Source: Gammaproteobacteria bacterium (lineage in GTDB: Bacteria; Pseudomonadota; Gammaproteobacteria; Arenicellales; Poriferihabitantaceae). Taken from it: a stretch of 64,000 nucleotides of DNA. The notes beneath the pieces are model-generated. The model saw only the letters and a program-made list of their open reading frames with translations, was not told the origin of the DNA and ran no database searches. The position numbers were made by a program, and so were the translations under genes. Of the stretch, positions 59,905 to 64,000 are shown one piece after another; the first letter of the stretch is position 1; every line of letters starts with the position of its first letter. The stretch lies in the NCBI GenBank assembly GCA_047639475.1, contig JBLIOD010000010.1:1454-65453 (forward strand), in the 5' to 3' direction.

Positions 59905-62358
59905 TCAAAACAACTCTTCTGTTTCTTTTCCTTCTACTGTCGTAGAAGTTGAATTGGACGTAACAGCCGCACTAGAAGTCGTTGGTTCACTGCCTAACTT
60001 AAACACTTCCCAATAACCATTTGGGCTGTCCGCTGGCAACAAACCCCCAGTGTCTTTATCTATGTAAGCGGTAGTGATATTAACCGGCTGCGGAATAGGT
60101 TGCTCTGGATAATCTTTCAACACGTTGCCCATGTGTTCTACCCAGATCGGCAAGGCTGCTCCAGCACCTGACTCTCTACGACCCAAGTAAGATGGTTGAT
60201 CAAATCCTACCCATACAGACGTAACAACCTGAGGACTAAAGCCCGAAAACCAGGCGTCGTTATAGTCATTAGTGGTCCCGGTCTTGCCTGCTAAATCTGT
60301 TCTGTTCAGTGCTAACGCACGCTTACCTGTCCCTTGCGTGATCACCTTTTGCATCATGTTACGGATAAGATAATTCGACTCCACCGTCATGGCTCTGACG
60401 TCCGCATCAGCATCATTCAAATTAGTAAACGGCCTATTTTGAGGGTCCAAAATAGAACATATATCACAGCTTGATTCAAATTTTGAGACGTAATTGCCAT
60501 CACGATCAGAGATACTTTCTATCAAATAGGGCCTTTTTTTCAGCCCACCATTAGCCAAGGTTCCGTAAGCACTTGCCACTTGTAACGGCGTAACCGATGC
60601 ACTACCTAATGCCAAAGAAAGGTTGTCCGGCAGCTCTTCTTGGTTAAATCCAAAACCCGCCAAAAACTGCTTAACTGGAACAACACCAATGGCTCGCAGC
60701 AAACGTACCGAAACCAAATTAAGCGACAAACTCAACGCCTTACTTAATCGGGTAGGCCCAAAGAATTTTTTAGAGTAATTTTCAGGGCGCCAAATACCTT
60801 TAGCACCATTTTCAACAATAATGGGCGCACCGCTAACCAAGCTCGCTGGCGTTAACCCTGCCTCTAAAGCAGCTGCATAAATAAATGGCTTAATATTTGA
60901 TCCCAGTTGTCGTTGAGCTTGGGTTGCGCGGTTAAATTTTGATAAGTAAAAATCAAATCCACCCACCATCGACAAAATAGCGCCGCTGTGTGGGTCTAAT
61001 GTGGTCATCGCACCCGATACTGTAGGCATTTGGCTCAATATCGCGGCATCGGGCGTCTCTTCATCATAAATGATGTAAACCACATCACCCACTGATAATA
61101 CTTTACTGGCGGAACTAGGCTCGGGGCCCATACTATTAGGCGAGAGGTACTTTTTAGCCCATTTAATAGCCTCCCAATTCAAATTCACTTCGGTATTATT
61201 TGCTAGACGTACCGTGGCAGATTGTTCTTCAACACTCATCACTAAGGCTGAGCGTGACGATTGACTGGACGGAAAATCACGCAGTACCTGGGTCGCCTTA
61301 GAAAGCTCGTCGTCTTCTAAGGCTAAGAGGCTCAAATCATAGTTAACCAGTGGACCACGATAACCATGACGCAAATCATAGTCCAGTAAGCCTTTGCGCA
61401 AAGTGGTTTGCGCTGATTGTTGATATCTAGAATTAACCGTCAACTTAACGTTATAGCCGTTAGAGTAAGTGGCCTCTTCTCCAAAATGGTTAATCATGTA
61501 TTGCCGCGCAAGCTCGGTGACATAAGGCGCTTGCAAGTCTAGTTTGGCCACGTGCACACTTGAGGTAATCGGTGCTTTACGCGCCACCTCATGGCTTAGA
61601 TCATCAATCAAATTGAGCTGATGCATGCGATCAAGAACATAGTTCCGGCGTATTAAAGCTCGCTTGGGGTTGCGAATCGGGTTATAAGCCGAAGGCGCTT
61701 TCGGCAGGCCCGCCAACATGGATAGTTCGGGCAAATTTAAATCAACCAAATCACGGCCGTAATAAGTGTGCGCCGCTGCTGCGAAACCATAAGAACGATG
61801 GCCCAAGAAAATTTTGTTAATATAAAGCTCTAGAATTTGTTCCTTGGATAAATTCTTTTCTAATCTAAAGGCCAGTAATACTTCTTTGATTTTACGTTGG
61901 TAAGTTTTATCGTTAGATAAAAAGAAGTTTCGAGCTACCTGCATCGTTATGGTACTGGCTCCTTGCCCTTTACCGCCCGATTTTAGGTTACTCACTACCG
62001 CACGCATTATGGCGCGATAATCCACGCCGCTGTGCTGATAGAAATTATCGTCCTCAGCGGAGATGATTGCGTCGTGCAAAATGGACGGCGTGTCTTGAAT
62101 TAAAACAGGAATGCGACGCTCCACGCCAAATTCGCCAATCAGCTTATCGTCCGAGGTAAATACGCGCAGCGGTACGTTCAATTCGATCTCAGTAACGGAT
62201 TCAATCGCCGGCAGGTCATCCATTAAGCTCAACACGTACCAACACACCAATACGCCGACCAAGATACCCGACATAATTAAAAAACCAAACAAACGCCCGA
62301 GAATACCGCCAAAGGCATTTCCAACAGCCATGAATAGTAATTTAATAAATCTCCACAT
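59905..62358 (-). CDS. mrcA: Penicillin-binding protein 1A
   Basis: Glycosyltransferase motifs EDDNFYQH, GASTITMQ, RKIKE; transpeptidase motifs SNIK, SLN, KTG. Confidence 0.97.
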   Translation of the reverse strand: MWRFIKLLFMAVGNAFGGILGRLFGFLIMSGILVGVLVCWYVLSLMDDLPAIESVTEIELNVPLRVFTSDDKLIGEFGVERRIPVLIQDTPSILHDAIISAEDDNFYQHSGVDYRAIMRAVVSNLKSGGKGQGASTITMQVARNFFLSNDKTYQRKIKEVLLAFRLEKNLSKEQILELYINKIFLGHRSYGFAAAAHTYYGRDLVDLNLPELSMLAGLPKAPSAYNPIRNPKRALIRRNYVLDRMHQLNLIDDLSHEVARKAPITSSVHVAKLDLQAPYVTELARQYMINHFGEEATYSNGYNVKLTVNSRYQQSAQTTLRKGLLDYDLRHGYRGPLVNYDLSLLALEDDELSKATQVLRDFPSSQSSRSALVMSVEEQSATVRLANNTEVNLNWEAIKWAKKYLSPNSMGPEPSSASKVLSVGDVVYIIYDEETPDAAILSQMPTVSGAMTTLDPHSGAILSMVGGFDFYLSKFNRATQAQRQLGSNIKPFIYAAALEAGLTPASLVSGAPIIVENGAKGIWRPENYSKKFFGPTRLSKALSLSLNLVSVRLLRAIGVVPVKQFLAGFGFNQEELPDNLSLALGSASVTPLQVASAYGTLANGGLKKRPYLIESISDRDGNYVSKFESSCDICSILDPQNRPFTNLNDADADVRAMTVESNYLIRNMMQKVITQGTGKRALALNRTDLAGKTGTTNDYNDAWFSGFSPQVVTSVWVGFDQPSYLGRRESGAGAALPIWVEHMGNVLKDYPEQPIPQPVNITTAYIDKDTGGLLPADSPNGYWEVFKLGSEPTTSSAAVTSNSTSTTVEGKETEELF

Positions 62359-62572
62359 GGCCGTATTTTAGTTTATTCGAAACCTCGTTTATAGCTAAAT
62401 ACTGATCAAGAGCCGATTAGAACGCTAATTGTTGCATCGCCTTTCACAGCAATTATTCTCTTATTTAGCCAAAATTTACTGTAGATCTTTTTGCTATTAT
62501 CTAACGTGCTAGATAGCTAAAAGGCGGCCCAATTCATATAATCTCTTTCTTTAGGTTTATTAGCCAAACTCT

Positions 62573-63451
62573 GTGACTTTTCAAGAAATCATACTCACGC
62601 TGCAACAATATTGGGCGAAACAAGGCTGCATCATCATGCAACCCTACGATATAGAAGTCGGTGCGGGCACGTTTCATCGCGCCACGTTTTTAGATGCCAT
62701 TGGCCCTGAACCCATGCAAGCCGCTTACGTGCAAGCCTCTCGCCGCCCAACTGATGGGCGCTATGGCGAAAATCCTAATCGATTACAGCACTATTATCAG
62801 TTCCAAACAGTACTGAAGCCATCTCCCGATAACATCCAAGAGCTTTATCTCAATTCATTGCGCGCACTGGGCTTAGACCCCTTGCTTGATGATATTCGCT
62901 TTGTCGAAGATAACTGGGAATCGCCCACCTTGGGCGCCTGGGGCTTGGGCTGGGAAATCTGGCTTAATGGCATGGAAGTCAGCCAATTCACTTATTTTCA
63001 GCAAGTTGGCGGCATTGAGTGCCGACCGGTAACGGGTGAACTAACCTATGGTTTAGAACGTCTAGCAATGTATATACAAGGCGTGGAAAGCATTTACAAC
63101 TTAGTCTGGACAGAAGGTTATAGCTACGGCGACCTGTTCCATCAGAATGAAGTAGAGCAATCGAAATATAATTTTGAGCTGGCCTTGGTACCCGAACTCT
63201 TTCGTCAATTTGATGCCGCCGAAACGGCTTGTCAATTAGCCTTAGAACACAAGGTATCGCTGCCAGCTTACGAGCAAGTCTTGAAAGCCTCACACCTTTT
63301 TAATTTGCTGGATGCCCGTAAGGCAATCAGTGTAACCGAACGTGCTCGCTTTATCGGCAGAGTACGTGTCTTATCAAAAGGCGTTGCAGAAACCTATTTA
63401 GAGAGCCGTGAAGCTCTCGGTTTTCCCCGCGGCAAGAGGGCTTCATCATGA
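62573..63451 (+). CDS. glyQ: Glycine--tRNA ligase alpha subunit
   Basis: [38 protein letters not shown]. Confidence 0.99.
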   Translation: MTFQEIILTLQQYWAKQGCIIMQPYDIEVGAGTFHRATFLDAIGPEPMQAAYVQASRRPTDGRYGENPNRLQHYYQFQTVLKPSPDNIQELYLNSLRALGLDPLLDDIRFVEDNWESPTLGAWGLGWEIWLNGMEVSQFTYFQQVGGIECRPVTGELTYGLERLAMYIQGVESIYNLVWTEGYSYGDLFHQNEVEQSKYNFELALVPELFRQFDAAETACQLALEHKVSLPAYEQVLKASHLFNLLDARKAISVTERARFIGRVRVLSKGVAETYLESREALGFPRGKRASS

Positions 63452-64000
63452 ACCCGTCGTTACTAATCGAGCTTTGCACTGAAGAGCTACCGCCCAAGTC
63501 TCTGTCAAAGTTAAGTGCTTCCTTTTGCGCGAGCCTAACCGAGACTTTGTTACAAAATGAACTGATTACCGCAAGCACCGAATGGCAGGCTTTCGCCAGC
63601 CCACGGCGACTAGGCATACTAATAAAAGACGTCTCGGCGCAACAGCAAGATCGCAGCCAACAACGTAAAGGCCCTGCCTTGCAAGCGGCTTACAACGATG
63701 CGGGCGAACCCACAAAAGCAGCGATGGGTTTTGCCAGATCCTGCGGGGTAGAGGTTGCTGACCTAGTCAAGAGTGAAACTGACCAAGGCACATGGCTTAC
63801 TTTTGAGCAAAGCATCAAGGGCAAGAACATCACTGAGATTGCACAAGAAGCTCTTGACACCGCCATCAAGAATTTACCGATTGCTAAACGCATGCGCTGG
63901 GGCAACTCAACGGAAGAATTTGTGCGCCCCGTGCATAGATTACTCGCCCTGCATGGCTCTACCATCATCGAATTAACCGCCTTTGGATTGCAGGCAAGCA
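63448..64000 (+). CDS. glyS: Glycine--tRNA ligase beta subunit, partial
   Basis: ATGA overlap with glyQ; manual translation [17 protein letters not shown]...SPRRL...KGP...PIAKRMRWG...FVRPVH. Confidence 0.97.
   Translation, partial: MNPSLLIELCTEELPPKSLSKLSASFCASLTETLLQNELITASTEWQAFASPRRLGILIKDVSAQQQDRSQQRKGPALQAAYNDAGEPTKAAMGFARSCGVEVADLVKSETDQGTWLTFEQSIKGKNITEIAQEALDTAIKNLPIAKRMRWGNSTEEFVRPVHRLLALHGSTIIELTAFGLQAS

Noticed and set aside
1-64000. CRISPR arrays, tRNA/rRNA genes, transposases, integrases, prophage or defence genes
   Set aside because: None recognised by eye or in the ORF track; YraN is a housekeeping-context nuclease-fold protein.

Overview
Chromosomal segment of a marine-type gammaproteobacterium; an Arenicellales-like placement is a tentative guess. 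About 19.9-64 kb is intact housekeeping DNA: the dcw cluster (mraZ to ftsZ), rnpB, hisC, rsmI-lpoA-yraN-gmhA-BON-rfaE2, mutM, hemXY, fabAB, argD, ctaA, apaH, mlaA, mrcA and glyQS. The first ~20 kb is accessory and catabolic: a LysR plus luciferase-like monooxygenase unit, benE, recQ, a radical SAM / proline-racemase-family unit and a cysteate (cuyR-cuyB-cuyA) cluster. At least seven eroded genes occur (six in the first 20 kb, one at ~45.3-46.1 kb); the ORF track shows them only as fragments or misses them. Most notable observations: (i) a full-length, translationally coupled MurB-like protein in the dcw operon that has lost essentially all FAD-binding and catalytic motifs, in a cluster that also lacks ddl and lpxC; (ii) a frameshifted Reeler-domain surface protein with a hidden Cys-bracketed C-terminal tail that may be a sorting signal; (iii) a DegT-family PLP enzyme embedded in the cysteate operon; (iv) selective decay of accessory genes. 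No CRISPR array, tRNA, rRNA or intact mobile element was seen. Family assignments come from motif recognition only, with no database searches.
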